NCBI RefSeq assembly: GCF_009914755.1
Contig: NC_060926.1
Length of the DNA stretch: 64,000 bases
Source of the DNA: the human T2T-CHM13v2.0 reference genome, Homo sapiens
Reading direction: 5' to 3' (one strand)
Below the pieces are notes generated by a model. That model had not been told where the DNA came from. It did no database searches and saw only the letters and a list, made by a program, of their open reading frames with translations. Of the stretch, positions 39,831 through 53,518 are shown in pieces (position 1 is the stretch's first letter; each line of letters begins with the position of its first letter). Position numbers and translations under genes: made by a program.

Positions 39831-40419
39831 AGGGTGGGAAGCCAGGGCTAGTCCCACTCCACTGGCAGGCTTGCTGGGCCTTGAGAGTGCCAGCAAAGCC
39901 CAGGTCCTGAAGGGTTCTGAGGCTGGTGTGAGATGCTGGCCTCTCTGGGCCACATCAGAGCCCAGGCCTTATGCTGGAGAGCACTAGGAATTCTAGGAAC
40001 ACCCTGTCCCCAGTGGTCCTTCTTGGCAGGAGGACAGCAACAGCATATGTGAGTGTATTTGTTTTCCCAGCCCTCTTGTATATCTTGCCCACTACAGCTT
40101 GTCAGGCGGGCTGAGTCCTCCTCCACTCCTGAGAGGTGGGGATGGTATCAGCCATGGCTGCCAGCTGAGGAGACTAGGGAGCCCAAGAGGTCCTCTGCTG
40201 AAGTCTCCATAGAGGTTGATAACCACCTGCCTGTGAACTGTGAACCCCACTGCTTACCTGTGGGGCCTCAATGCCTTTCAATAGTCCTTGGACTGCTGCC
40301 CTTGAAGTCTCCCAGGAGTCAGACCTGAGCCTCAATGAACAAAGGAAAATAACAAGGCATAGGAAGAACCCAGCCACCAGACAGAAATAGAGCTGCTGGG
40401 GTAGACAGAAGACAATTTG

Positions 40420-41300
40420 CATATCATCATAATCATCATCACATCTAAGGGTTAAAGCAGGAAAAATGGGTCTAAAAATGAGACTTTCTAAAAAAAATTC
40501 GTAGGTAAATTGAACAAGATGGTTCTTGTTGAGATCTGAAGTAGTGAGTTGGAAGATTAAGTGGAAGAAATATACTGAAGCATAGAAAGATATAAAAATT
40601 TGGAAATCTGGAGGGAAAACACAAAATACTTGGCGGATAGATCTGGGAGGAAACGGAACAAACACCAGAAATTCCAGAAGAAAAAAAAGGAACCTATTGA
40701 GGAAATGAAATAACTAAACAAACCAAAATAAGCCATTTCCCTAAACCAAGGAAAGACCAGAGTCTGTAGAAACAATGAAAATGACCCATACTCAGGCATA
40801 TTCTGCTATCACATCTAAGGTGGAAGGAACAAGAATTCTACAAGCTGCCAAACGGAAACAATGCATAACTTAAAAAGGAAAAAGAATCAGTCTGGTATTT
40901 TATCTCTCAAGGCAAACTTGGAAGCTAAAAGATAACATCTATGGACATATGAGACAAAAGAATTGCAATCCTAGATTCCTATGCCCAGCAAAGACAGGCT
41001 TCACTTGTCAGTGTGAGAGAAAGATTTGTGGCTGGGTAAGGCAGAGCTTCTAACCATACAAGTAAGCCTGAACAGAGACTCTGAGGGTGAGAGGGGAAGA
41101 GGGGAGGAAAAAGATGGTGAGAATGAAACTTGCAGTATAGAGAGCTAAACCTAAATGTGAAGTAATAAAAGATTGACTGGGATTATCTAACATTAGCATC
41201 AAATGAGGATTACTGAAATAAGATAGATACCAGAGGAAACTAAGAACTATCTGAAAGTATTAAACAATGACAGAAAAACTGAGGATAGAGGCAGGGTATG
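40420..41300 (+). mobile_element. Ancient L1/HAL1 ORF1 relic
   Basis: A-rich; degenerate ORF1 landmarks gaattctacaagctgcc, ataacttaaaaaggaaaaagaatcagtctgg, cctagattcctatgcccagcaaag (PRILYPAK-like). Confidence 0.65.
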
Positions 41301-43486
41301 AAGTGGGCAGGCACAGGAGAGGAGAAAAGAAGGAAAAGCAAGCATTCTGTAATGTCAGCTGGATAGAGGCCAGAAGTAGGAGTGTTCTGAAGCTTTATTG
41401 TGGTGGTGCAAGAGTCCTGGGGAAACACTGACCTGTTGTCTCCATATAACAGTACTCTGAGGGTAGGATTCTCACTAGTAGAGAAGAAAGTAAAGAACAA
41501 CTTGAAAAGCATCAATGATTTTGTCAGGGACCTGCTTCATTGCTCTTGAAATACAGCCAGCATTCCCTCGACTGTGCCTTGTTTTGACAATTTGGCTCCT
41601 GTTTCTAAATTCACCCCACCTGTGGGAAAGACCCTGTTCTGACCTTGGTGCTCTACTTTGGACACATTTGCTTTTGGCTCTGAACTCCCAGAAGCCTGGT
41701 CTCCAGCCTCCGTGCACCTCAAGTCACACACTTCACCTCTACATAGAATGGGTGGCACAGGGAGTTTGCTGTGGAGCATCTGGGCCAAGTCCAAAATGGT
41801 TCTGGGTCTCCTACTCTTGAAGGAAGGTAAAGACGTCAATTCTGGCGGTGTTCCAAACTGGTCTCTTGGGCTAGTTTAAAAGCTTAGAGATGTTGGAATT
41901 ATCCTTTTCACCTTTCTCCTTTCCTCTTCCACTTCCATCCCCACCCAGGATCCAATGCTGAAGTTTCCATTTTGAATTTTGGGTTCTCAGGCAACATATG
42001 GCCTGCCTTTTATCGTATTGCCTGTAGCATTCGGGGATTTCAGGAAAGCCTTTGAGAGACCTTGGTCTCATCCTCAGCTCAGCTCACTAGGAACAAACAA
42101 GAGATTGGCTGTGGGCCTCTGAATATCACTCAGAACACCTGAAAATGATAGTAGGCCGATCCCTGCTTGTCTAATGCCAGAGAGGTCGAATAACTTGCCC
42201 AAGGTGAGAGCACCTGTTGGTGGCAGAGCCAGGATTAGAATCTACCATTTCCAGTCCAGACCCTCCCGATCCTCTAGTCCTTGCCAAGTCCCCTTTCAAT
42301 CTGAGGCAGAATTTGCCAACATTCAGGATGCCCTGCTCAATCTTTCTTAGATCGGACTCTAATTGGTAGCACTGTGTAGCTTGTGTCTGGAATACGAGGC
42401 ATTTCAGATCATAAGGGTCATACTTCTACTTTTATGCCAAGAAAGCTCCAGCACATGGAAACACGTTTAATAAATCCAATAAATGATATGATAAATAATT
42501 TATTTAAGACAGAATACTTTCAAAGTCAGAATTACCACTGAGAGGAAATATTTTGCCTCCATGAGGATGATTTGACTAAACAGAAATTCTAGATGGAGTC
42601 CATTTTTTGGACTCATACAGGAGTCCTGCATGCTAACCCATCAGAGAAAGAGTAGACAGATTGTAAATTTATCTTCTGAAAATGAATCAAGTCGTATTTC
42701 TCTTCATTCTGGTTACTCTTATAAAGACACAGCAGGTGAATAAAGCCCTTTTTCTATCTTATCTATTTACGTATTATTAAACACTGAGATCGTGCAATGC
42801 CTCTGCCTCCTAGCAACAGTGTACTGGTAATTCTTGGAAGAGTCATGAACTATGTAGGGTGAATGAAAAAAGCTTCTTGCTCTTATCTAGTGTTGTGGGA
42901 TATATACTATAGGCATGAGACAGCAGTTATTTTTTTTTTATTCTTTTAAAGGTCACAAAGGATAAATGATTACAATAACATTTCACCCACTGACTCTAGG
43001 TTTTTACTAGTAAATCCTGATGTTGATTTCAAAAGCTGCAAATCTATAATTCAAATATTTCTGATCGGACCATAAATCCTGAAAATCAAATCTTTTTCTG
43101 AATGAAGGATCTATGAAAATAGATGATGGATTTCATGGGCTGTCAAAGCAAAAATGTTACATTTCATAGTTTGTCATTGAATATGATATAAAACACCTGC
43201 AGGTAGGTTATTTATATTGATAAAATTATTGTTCTTCAACATTGGAAACTGTTTTCTGGGGAATAAAAATAAAATATAAAAATAGCTTTTACCACAACTA
43301 GAAATTTTGTGCTTTAGAATTAGACAGTGGAAAATAATGTGGATAAATGCCAAAAGCCATTTTCTTTAAGTCAAATACAGTGTGTGCTATTGCAAGGATG
43401 GATAGGCCAGGCTGGACTGCTTTTCCCATCAGACACTATATAGAGTATCACCCATCTACCATTATTTTTGCTGGAAATACAGGAGT

Positions 43487-43672
43487 TTTGTTTGTTTGTT
43501 TGTTTGTTTGTTTGTTTGTTTGTTTTGTGAGAGAGGGTCTCTCACACTCTGTTGCCCAGGCTGGAGAGTACAGTGGCACAATCATAGTTCATTGTAACCT
43601 CAGACTGTTGGGATCAAGCAACCCTCCTGCCTTGGCCTCATAAAGTGCTGGGATTACAGGCATGAGCCACTG
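43487..43672 (-). mobile_element. AluJ-type monomer/partial with (TTTG)n tail
   Basis: (tttg)n, then ctctgttgcccaggctggagagtacagtggcacaatcatag...aaagtgctgggattacaggcatgagccactg. Confidence 0.85.
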
Positions 43673-45184
43673 TAGGAGTTAATATTCTAACTCTTTTTTG
43701 TTGTTTTTATACTTTCTTTATATATTGTCCTTTTTTATACTTTCTTCCCAGAGGTTAACAAACATTAGATTTATATTTCAGTCAGGTTAAGTATGTCCAA
43801 AGTTATTCTTTCCTTTCTGGGTAGTGATTGTGAGATTAAGAAGCTAGTTTGCTTTGCTATTTTCTATGGCTACTGTCGGTGGGCCATACTCCAGCCAACT
43901 TTCTCAGGCAAATCTAACACCACAGCTCCCCAGACAACTAAGAGTTGTTTAATGATTAAATTAAGATAACACATGTAATCTGGCATATAGTAAGTGCTCA
44001 ACTAATGATAGTAATAATGGTAATACAAATTATTATTATTATTTTCATTATACCTAACTTGAATAATTTCTAAGGCCCTTGGCATGGAGTATGGTCACTA
44101 GTTTAGTTTAACATGATTTAGAAATTGCTCATGGTTATATATTACCAACTACAAATGGAAAAATGACATTGTTGGAAAGGGAGTAAGTCAGATATTCAGG
44201 GAATATGTAGGCTCATATTAGGAAGGGAAGATGCAGGCTCAAAGAGCTCCCTTCTCAGATCCTGAAAACTAGAGTTTGGGTTTCATTTACAACAGTACAT
44301 AATCTCAGCTGCACATAAGAAACCTTGCCACTTCTGCTCAGTAAAATACAAATCACTGACTACCCGTTTTTATTTTAGGCAGTTAGATAGTTAGTACATC
44401 GTTAATTTCTGCACATACTCAAGCTCAATATCATTGTCAGTTCGGTTTTATTTCCACCTCCTTTCAGAGATCCCTGGCTGGAGGTAAAGACTTGCTCTCT
44501 GAGTGTCTCTGGGTATACTAAGGCAATATGAATCTTTAGGAGCTCCCCTTCTTTGGGGGCAATTTATAACTCAAAACAGCAACAAATTTTCTTTTCAGGG
44601 TGGAAATACTGACAATAAAAAATGAAGCAGCTTTGAAATATACATTACTGTAATTAAAGTGACTTGCTCTTTGGAAATTCCTGAGATAAGTCTTTATTGC
44701 AACTATTATTTAATGATGAGCATAATAATTAAAGGCTCATTCTTGAAATAGTATCAGTGCCAGGATCTGGATGGTCCTGCAGCATTTCAGATTACAGAAC
44801 ATGGCCACTGGTGGATGCCTCAGCTCAAGATTCTCTCTGCCTTTCTTTTGACAATGTGAGGCCAAGGCCAAGTCCAAGGCAAGCATGTGCTTAGACTGGT
44901 GTTCCCTAGTACACTGTTATAGAAGCCACCAGCTGATGGGCTTTGTAAAAGGTGTGGTCAAAACTGGCTGGGTGAAGTTAGTACTCTACCATTTGAGGCA
45001 CAATGCCCACAAGGGTATAAAGTATCAGAAATTGTACAGTAAAGGCACCTGTTTAACTTTATTTAATATAGCATTTAAAAAAATTATTTTAGTACCAAAA
45101 CACTTTTTGTGGCCATGTGGTACATCTATTAATATTCTGTGGAGCAGTGTTCTATGAGATACCAGTTTGGGAAATATTAGCTAG

Positions 45185-45368
45185 ACCTGTGCTTTTCATT
45201 CCTAGCTCTATTACAGAATCGCCTGGGGGCTTAAAAAGTATATCAATTCTGGCCCACTGCCCAACATTTTTTAAATTGGTCTGGGGTGACATCCAGGTAT
45301 TGGTATTATTTTCAAAGGCTCCCTTCCCTAGCCAAGTCTAATGTCCAGCCAGAGCTGAGAGCCACTGA
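45185..45368. mobile_element. MER5-family DNA transposon
   Basis: cagaatcgcctgggggcttaaaaa...ttaaattggtctggggtg...tctaatgtccagccagagctgagagccactg. Confidence 0.7.
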
Positions 45369-46109
45369 CAGAAGCCTCTCACTTATGCATCCCAATTATC
45401 CCCTTTCTAATGCATAGAGTCATAGTGAGTAAGAAAAAAAAAAAAAAAGCTCTCCAAAGCTCTGATGTGTCTGAGAAAGAAGCTTTTCCTGGGGTCAGAT
45501 CTGGATCTACTCACTGATCTTGGAGTTTTAGCTGATATGTGGATTTGCCTGTTCATGGACTTACTTCCTATCACACTTCCTTCTCCTTGGTGGTTGTCAT
45601 TTTCAGCAGGAAGGGACAGGCTGCCTGCTCCACCCAGAACCTTTCCTGAAAACCTACACCTGCCACTATACCAACTTTATGTAAATGACTAATAGCGCTT
45701 CCTCACAAAAAATGATGAGAACCTCTGTTGTAGGTAAACATTCCAAGACTTTATCTACAATTTATGAAAGCCTTTCTCCCATTGAGCTGGCAGGTCCTGG
45801 AAGCCCCAGAAATGTCCATATCATTAGTGCAGTTTCCCTGGGAAGTGGGAGCTGGGGAAGAAGCCTGGGAGGTGGAGCCTCAGAAAGCTGTGTCTAATGC
45901 AGATTTCTAGCTTTAAATTTGTTCCTTGTGTCTGAGATTTTCTAGAGTTTTACTGGAAGAGAAAACCCATTTCTCCTCCCCTTTAAATAAGAAACAAAAA
46001 TTTACTGATTAAGCAAGACCAAAGAGAAAAATGAGATGACTTTATAGACTCATTTTATAATATTCTAAACAAATGAGATTCATCTTATTTAAGAGTACAG
46101 GAGAAACAG

Positions 46110-46310
46110 GCATTTAATATTTATTGAGCATCTACAATGTGCTAGGATACATACAGGTTTTTTCATATTTCCATCTTATTTAATCCTGACACAACCCCTT
46201 GAGGTGATTCTTCTGTTCTCATTTTTGTGACTGTGGAAAGGGAAGCCCAAAGGGGTTAAGGTGTTGCCTACAGTGGGACGTGAGACAGAGCTGGGACTTG
46301 AACCCACGTC
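46110..46310 (-). mobile_element. MIR SINE
   Basis: atcttatttaatcctgacacaaccccttgaggt...cagagctgggacttgaaccc. Confidence 0.7.
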
Positions 46311-46629
46311 TAGTGATGGTGATGGCCAAACCAGAGCCAGATGAGCCAGTTCCCCACCTCTGCAGCGCTCACCACGAGAAAAAGAATGTGAAAAACTCCA
46401 GCCTGAGATCAGTGACCTGTTGAGAGCTCAGGTTTTTCATCCGGCCTGCATCGTGACTCTCAGTGTATTTCATATCATCTCCAAAATAGTATCTGAATTT
46501 TATACGCATATTCTCTTCAATGTTCTACTCTGGGCTTTGAAACAGAAGAAGGGTTAATGCTGTGGTGAAATGTGGCCTGTCCTGCTCCCTGGGTTCTTCT
46601 TTCATTACTCAAAAAATACGTAGGTTTCA

Positions 46630-46815
46630 GGGTAGACTCTTATAATGGTAACAACATGAGCTTTGGATTAGACCTGGATTTAAATCTTATACTGTGATTA
46701 CTAATTCTGTGACCTTCCGTGACTTATTTTACCTCCTTAGGCTTCAGTCTTTTCATCCATAAAATGAGGTAATAATAACATTTGTCTCATAGAGTTGTGA
46801 ATAAACAAGATTATA
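46630..46815 (+). mobile_element. MIR SINE
   Basis: tgtgaccttccgtgacttattttacctccttaggcttcagtcttttcatccataaaatgagg. Confidence 0.7.
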
Positions 46816-49800
46816 ACTCAGGTCTCCTGAATTTACTTTCCATTAGACGCATATACCCAAACATGTAAAAGATCGAAATGTTTCACAGCTTTCCAAGGCT
46901 TATCATCTGTGAAGCTCAGGTAGATTTGCAAGTTCGGGTTTATTTATCAATTCATTAATTCAGTCATCAATGTATTGCTTTAGTCATTCAACAAATGTTT
47001 TATTGAGTGCCTACTATGTGTCAGGCATTTTGTTAGTCACCGGAGATAATAGCAATTTTCAAGTAGCTTAGAGTCTAACTAAGGCAAATCTGACTGTATC
47101 ATTATTTATACCCATTAGAGGTTCACAGGAATGATATTCACTCACTAATTTGTTAATGCGAGTCTGCAGAATTAACATGCATGTAATAGTATTCAATCTA
47201 AGTTAATATGTTTGCCCATTGTTGATTATCATAACTGTTAGTTATAGTTAATTTCCAATCTGTCTAGCTCTCTGGAAAAGCAAAAAGCACCTTCCCTCCA
47301 TTTTGCTGCTCTGAACTGGGAAAGAGCAGATGCCCAGGTGAATGGCAGTGAAGAATGTATATTCAGTGAGCTCTTACAAATCAAACTGTTTGCCCTGAAT
47401 TAGGCTCAAGTCCACAACTAATGACAACTAATGTATGGATTCCTGGCATTGAAGCATTTGGAGTTTAACTGTTTGTTGTCATTGAAAGTGAATGCCTTTC
47501 CAACATGTAGCCTGAAGTGCTGAGAGGGCAGATCCTCAGCTAGGACCGAATGTCAGTAATTTAATCATTTATTTTTTCTTGTCTGTTTTATGACATGTTC
47601 TTTTCAGAGCATTCCCTAGTTGCTTTGATTCACATATACATTCCATCAATATTAATTTTCTGTGTTATAGTAACAACAAAAGAGTAAAACCAGAAAGAGG
47701 AAAACCCTATTTTTCCCTATGAATAGCCCAGGTCCACATGAAGGAGAAATTAGAGTAGACAGGTGGCACTGCAGCCTGTTATTCAAGGCCCAGGCAACCC
47801 TGACTAGTTCCTTCGTTCTCTCCTTTGCTTTTTTCTGAGGAAGAAAAATCAGCCTGAAGAGTCAAGCAGAATGACGAACTTTTTAAGGGCAAGATAATTC
47901 ACAGGATCAGTTAGTGATAGAGTAACTTTGGGGACTTGCTTTGCATTTAGAATACCCACCCTATATGGCATGTTAGTCCTAGCAGAGAGAGGCTTGCTTC
48001 CACACCAAAAGCCCTAATTCACTTTCCACGGAGGCCCTCCCCATCCCTCAGCAGCACTTCCCTTTATCAGGCAGATAAGATTGGGGGGGCCAACATCTAT
48101 CTTGTATGCATCCTATGACACTGCAGATGAAAACTACCTGCCCTGGTGTGGTGTCACATTTTTTACATTTGATTTTTATGGATGAAAGCATTGCTTCATC
48201 TGATACTTATAAAATACCACATTTGCCACTGAGAGGCTTCTGTGTCCAAATATCTGCCCCGCCCCCCATGTCTAATCTTGATCTTCACAGCTGAGGCCCA
48301 TCTGGATCATCCTCCTTTCCAGCTGACAGTGAGAGAGCCAATGAAATGCCTTTTCCTGTTGCTGGGTGACTGCGAATATTTTGAAAACAAGTTCCTTAAA
48401 GGCAGCAGCTTCAAAGCCTGCCATTGGCTGGCTAGGCATACTGTGCAATGCTGACGCATGAAGGCTGGCAGAGGAGTGACAGTTGGGAAGAGCTACGCAA
48501 ATATATTACTGGCCTGATGGTCCACTGGAGGGAAAGACTATTTCAAGGCTGAGTGACAACTATAACATACCCTGTCAGAAGAAAAATAAATCTCCCTGAG
48601 TCTACATTCAGGCATCTGAAGAACATTGCAGAAAATACTGCAGACAAAAAAAATGCAAAAACAAAAAACAAAAAACAAAAAAACTCAAGGTTGTCCTACC
48701 CTCAGATCTCCTGCTTTTTATGGTCTGATGAGCAGTTCTTCCTGTTCAAGAAATATATGGGTATTTCCACATACTTTGGTAGAATTTGTGTTCATACATT
48801 TTAAAGCCCAAGCTTGTTTATTTGGAAAATAATTTTCAACAAAGTCATGGAAGATTTTCTTTGCTTCCTTGTCTCCAGCGTCCCTTCCTTCACCTTCCTC
48901 CCCTGACCTTCAAGTCCAAAAATCCAGCAGGCACAGTATGCGGTCAGTGTCAGGGGCAGCATTGGCTGCATTTTATCTCACTCTGTCCACTTAAAATATT
49001 TGCATCCTGGTGGGAGGATAAGCACAGTCCTGTCTAAACAGCCTTGGGGTTCAGCTTTGCAGCTGGAGAGAGCTGTTTGGATACAAGTAACTGCTTTTGC
49101 TAACACCGGGTTAACTGTTCACACACAAATCTGCCAACGAGCCTCTAGGAAGGAATGTCCTTCTACTAATTGAATTCTAATGAGGCCAGGAAGTAGATTA
49201 GGAATTGAGCTATTTTACTATGAGTTTCAAATATCAGATCTAGGGATGTTTGGCCTGTCTGATCTCCTTAATTCTCCAGCAGGTCCCAATAAATTCATGA
49301 AGAAATGACTAGAAGAAATCTGTGGGTTATTGGTTGATCCAGTTGCAGGGGGCTTTTCTATATATCAGAGACTACAGTGTTCAAACACAAGAGAAAGAGG
49401 CTGATCTGAGATGACCTGATGGGCTAGTCATTAGTGAGGAGTTCCTGGACCAATTTAATTGGCATGTCCCTGGAAGTTATATTTATTTGCCTTATAATAT
49501 TTGGGTAAGTTTGAGAGCCAAATCAGGGTGAGCATCAGTGGGGTCACCCCTGATTCTACTTAGTTGTGGAAATAGAAATGCTTTAAGGACATAGTAGAAC
49601 ATTCTTTTCAATAATGCTATATAGCCAACATCACTTGTGGAACCACTTCAGCAGACAGAGCGATCACTTGTGGGTGTCACCCAGTTTCTAGACATTACGA
49701 AGAGGCTCTTGTGAGCATCTTGCCTGTATCCCAGGAAATGCCTGCCTGCCATAAAAGAGGGCATGGGGTCATGCAAAAGTTACCTGCATGTACTGTGAAG

Positions 49801-52311
49801 GACAGCTATGATACCATCCACCAGGTACCTCTTTCCTTTCTAGAACTGGCCCTCCTTCTGCTGCGACCCCATGTTTCCACCTGGATTTGATTTTTCCAAC
49901 TGACACACTTTCCTAAGCACACACTCCTCATCACAGTTGACTGGTCCAGGGATGGACAGGGGAACCAAGTGGGCCAAGCGGACCAATCAGAAAATGTCCC
50001 TGATATTTTCCAAACTGGAACTTGGGACTCCATAGTTCCCTTCTAGAAGGGGTTGCTGAAAGATGAGAAACCCAGGCTCTGCCAGAGGCCACTTTTACCC
50101 CTTTGTAGAGCAAGCCAGTCTGCAGTGAGTACCCAAGGGCTCCATGTGCAATGTGAGGCTTTTCATATTTGGCCCAAGGGGCCACCTGGGTGCTTAGTGG
50201 AGAGTCACAGCAGCCAGCCCCAGGAATCACCAAGTGGCTCTGAGGGTAGCAGATGGTTTTGCAGGAGCCCATTCTGTGGGGCAGGGTTTCCTTTTGGTGT
50301 GCACTACGCTCTCATTTGTAACACTTCCTGGGAAGACTTTGGGCTTTTACATACTATATAGAGGAAGGAGATTTTACATCTGGGACCTTGGGGCCATTTC
50401 AACCCTGCCTTCCCACTAATGAATTTACCACACAATAAGAGAAAGAGTTCCTGTTGGGAGAGAAGCTTGTTTGCACCCCAGGTCAGACAGGGCCACTGCT
50501 AACACTAGAATAGTGGGCCCCTGGTCTTTCAGGGGTTATCAAAATAACCAGCTTTTGCCCTCACACACAACTCCTCAGAGAACCGGAGTAAAGCTGTTTT
50601 CAAGAAGACCACTGATGGTTTAAAAGATATTTCAGGCAGAAGCATAAATTTCTTCATGGTTTTAAAGGGAAAGAAATTCCCTTTAAATTCATATTGGAGA
50701 AATGTCATCACAGAAAGCCTCTCACTCTCTTCTCGTTCATTTCTGAATTCTAAATCTTTTCTGTTGGTGGTGAGGGGAAGAGTAAAAAGTGGTTTTCCTC
50801 AAAAGCCAGCTTCAGTGGTTTACGGAGTTGTTTGACAAACTTAAGCCCAAGTGTTGAGGACGGCCACCTGTTCCCACAGAAATCACAAAGCTTGGTTTTC
50901 ACAGAACTCGTCTCCATCTCCAGGAAGGCCAGAGGTGAATTATAGTATGTGTTAGGAAAATGAACCTAGTAGCAAGAGGAATGGGATCACTCAGCACAGG
51001 AATTGTTTGAAATTTGCCCTTTGGAGAAAATAAGTGCTGTTAGCGCCCACAAACATGTCCCTTGAAGTTGATATTCTAGAATGTTGAAGGCTAAGGAATC
51101 ATACCTGCTCAAGCAATGGGGCTGGATTACTTTTCAAACTATGTAACCTTAAAACAAACAAACGAACACATAAACAAACCAAAACATTCTTAGCAAGGTC
51201 TGTTGAAACCTGAACCCATCTATCGAGAAAGTAAACCAAGATTATTCAAGGGCTCACAATCAGACGATAAGGAGGGTCAAGCCAAGACGAGAAGAATCTC
51301 AAACAAAACGCATTCCATGACATTTCAAAAAGGATCTTACAAATTCAGCATGCCCACCCATATCTCAATTTCTTAATGTGTGCAATGTAGTTACCTGGGC
51401 GTTTCTCTTTGTACCTCAGTTTTATCATCTGTAAAATAAGAAAAATAATAGTAGGGTTTTTGTGAAGACTAAATAAATTAATACAGGTAAGGCACCAAAA
51501 ACTGGCCTGGCAGCTGGTAAAATGTTCAGTAAATGTTTATTTTCCAGATGACTGTCACATGGAGTAGACTGAGCATATACTGGGGCCCAAGAAAAGGGCC
51601 TCAGCAGCATGAACCAAGGTCTCCAAACTGGCAGTGTAACATCTCTCTTAGCTGCCTGATCCTTAAATGGGATAGAGCCGCTGATGCCTCCTTCAGAGGC
51701 TTGCTGTTAACATTCAATGAAATAAGAGCTATGAAAGCACTTAGAATCAGCAAAAATGCTGTGGTTATCATAGCATTTGTCTTAGTGAACAGCAATATTT
51801 GAAAATGTATAATGATTGGTATCATGTTATCCTACAGAAAGCCCAGGAAATGTATTTTAAAGTCCGTCCACTTGTAGATGCTTAACAACAGAACAGTATT
51901 TAAGCCTCTTATCCCTGGATAGGTTGAACAGAGCCTCGCTGTAAGTTCTTACCAGCCCTTCTCAGACTCTCACCTTTCGTGGGTGTGGATTTGATTATAG
52001 TGAGTGTAAAGAAGTACCTGTGGATGCTGCTCTGGGAAGGCTTTCAGAGCCAGTATGAGGCCAGATGCTGGGGCCCCCAGCCTGGGGGGATGAGGTGAAA
52101 TCTGTTTTGAACTTAGATCCCTTCTACCATGTGGTCTTATAGAAACGATTCTAGAGTTTTCTGTTACAGTGGGACTGTAACAGACTTGCAGTTTTTATTA
52201 AAATTCTGACTTGTTCACAGCCTAATTCCTTTTAGTCTCAATGAAATGCTTTAGGCCCTGGATGGAAACATCATCCTGAATTACATGACAGTCTTAGAAT
52301 ATTCTCTGTGG

Positions 52312-52793
<482 letters not shown>

Positions 52794-53477
52794 TCACCAA
52801 CATGCAGTATTCTGGGGAAAAGGAAGAGAAGGAGTGCCTGATGGCTCTATCAGCTCTGGCAAGGAAATGAATGCATTGAAGGAATAGAGTGCAGGCACAC
52901 AGACAGCGAGGCTCAAATCTCCTGGCTGCATGCATGCTGCAATTACACACCACAATAAAAAGAATTAATGTAGCATCTGACCTGCTGACCTCCAGATGCC
53001 TACTGCACCACCTCATCAACAATCCCCAGACCTCCACGGTGCCTCCTTGGCCACCCGCCGGCTGCCTCACTGGGATACAGCAAGCACAAGGGCCTTACAC
53101 AGGCTTTGTTCTTAAGGCTAAACCAAAGGGGAGAGTCCCCCAGTCCCTCCACCTCGTGCCTGGGCAAATGAATAAGCTGTCCATGTCACTAACATATTCC
53201 AGGTCATGCGTACACACAAACATTATTATATCTCGATATTACTTTTAAATTACTGTCTCTGGGGTTTTAGCCATTTTCCTAGAAATGTGGCTCAGCAAAT
53301 CCTTACGTGGAGCAAGGATGGCACCCAGTGGCCAAAGTGCTTCATCTCAGACCCTGTTTTCTCAGGGATTTTCCATTTGCTTCTCTCTTTGGAGACAATG
53401 AATTGCCATGAGATCCTTTTGTAAAGCCAGAGTTGAAACTCCAAATCATATGACTATCCCGTTAAGTTGGAGCACGT

Positions 53478-53478
<1 letters not shown>

Positions 53479-53516
<38 letters not shown>

Positions 53517-53518
53517 CA
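53479..53518. repeat. (CA)n microsatellite with one CG interruption
   Basis: Directly visible; preceded by CACGTG. Confidence 0.95.
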
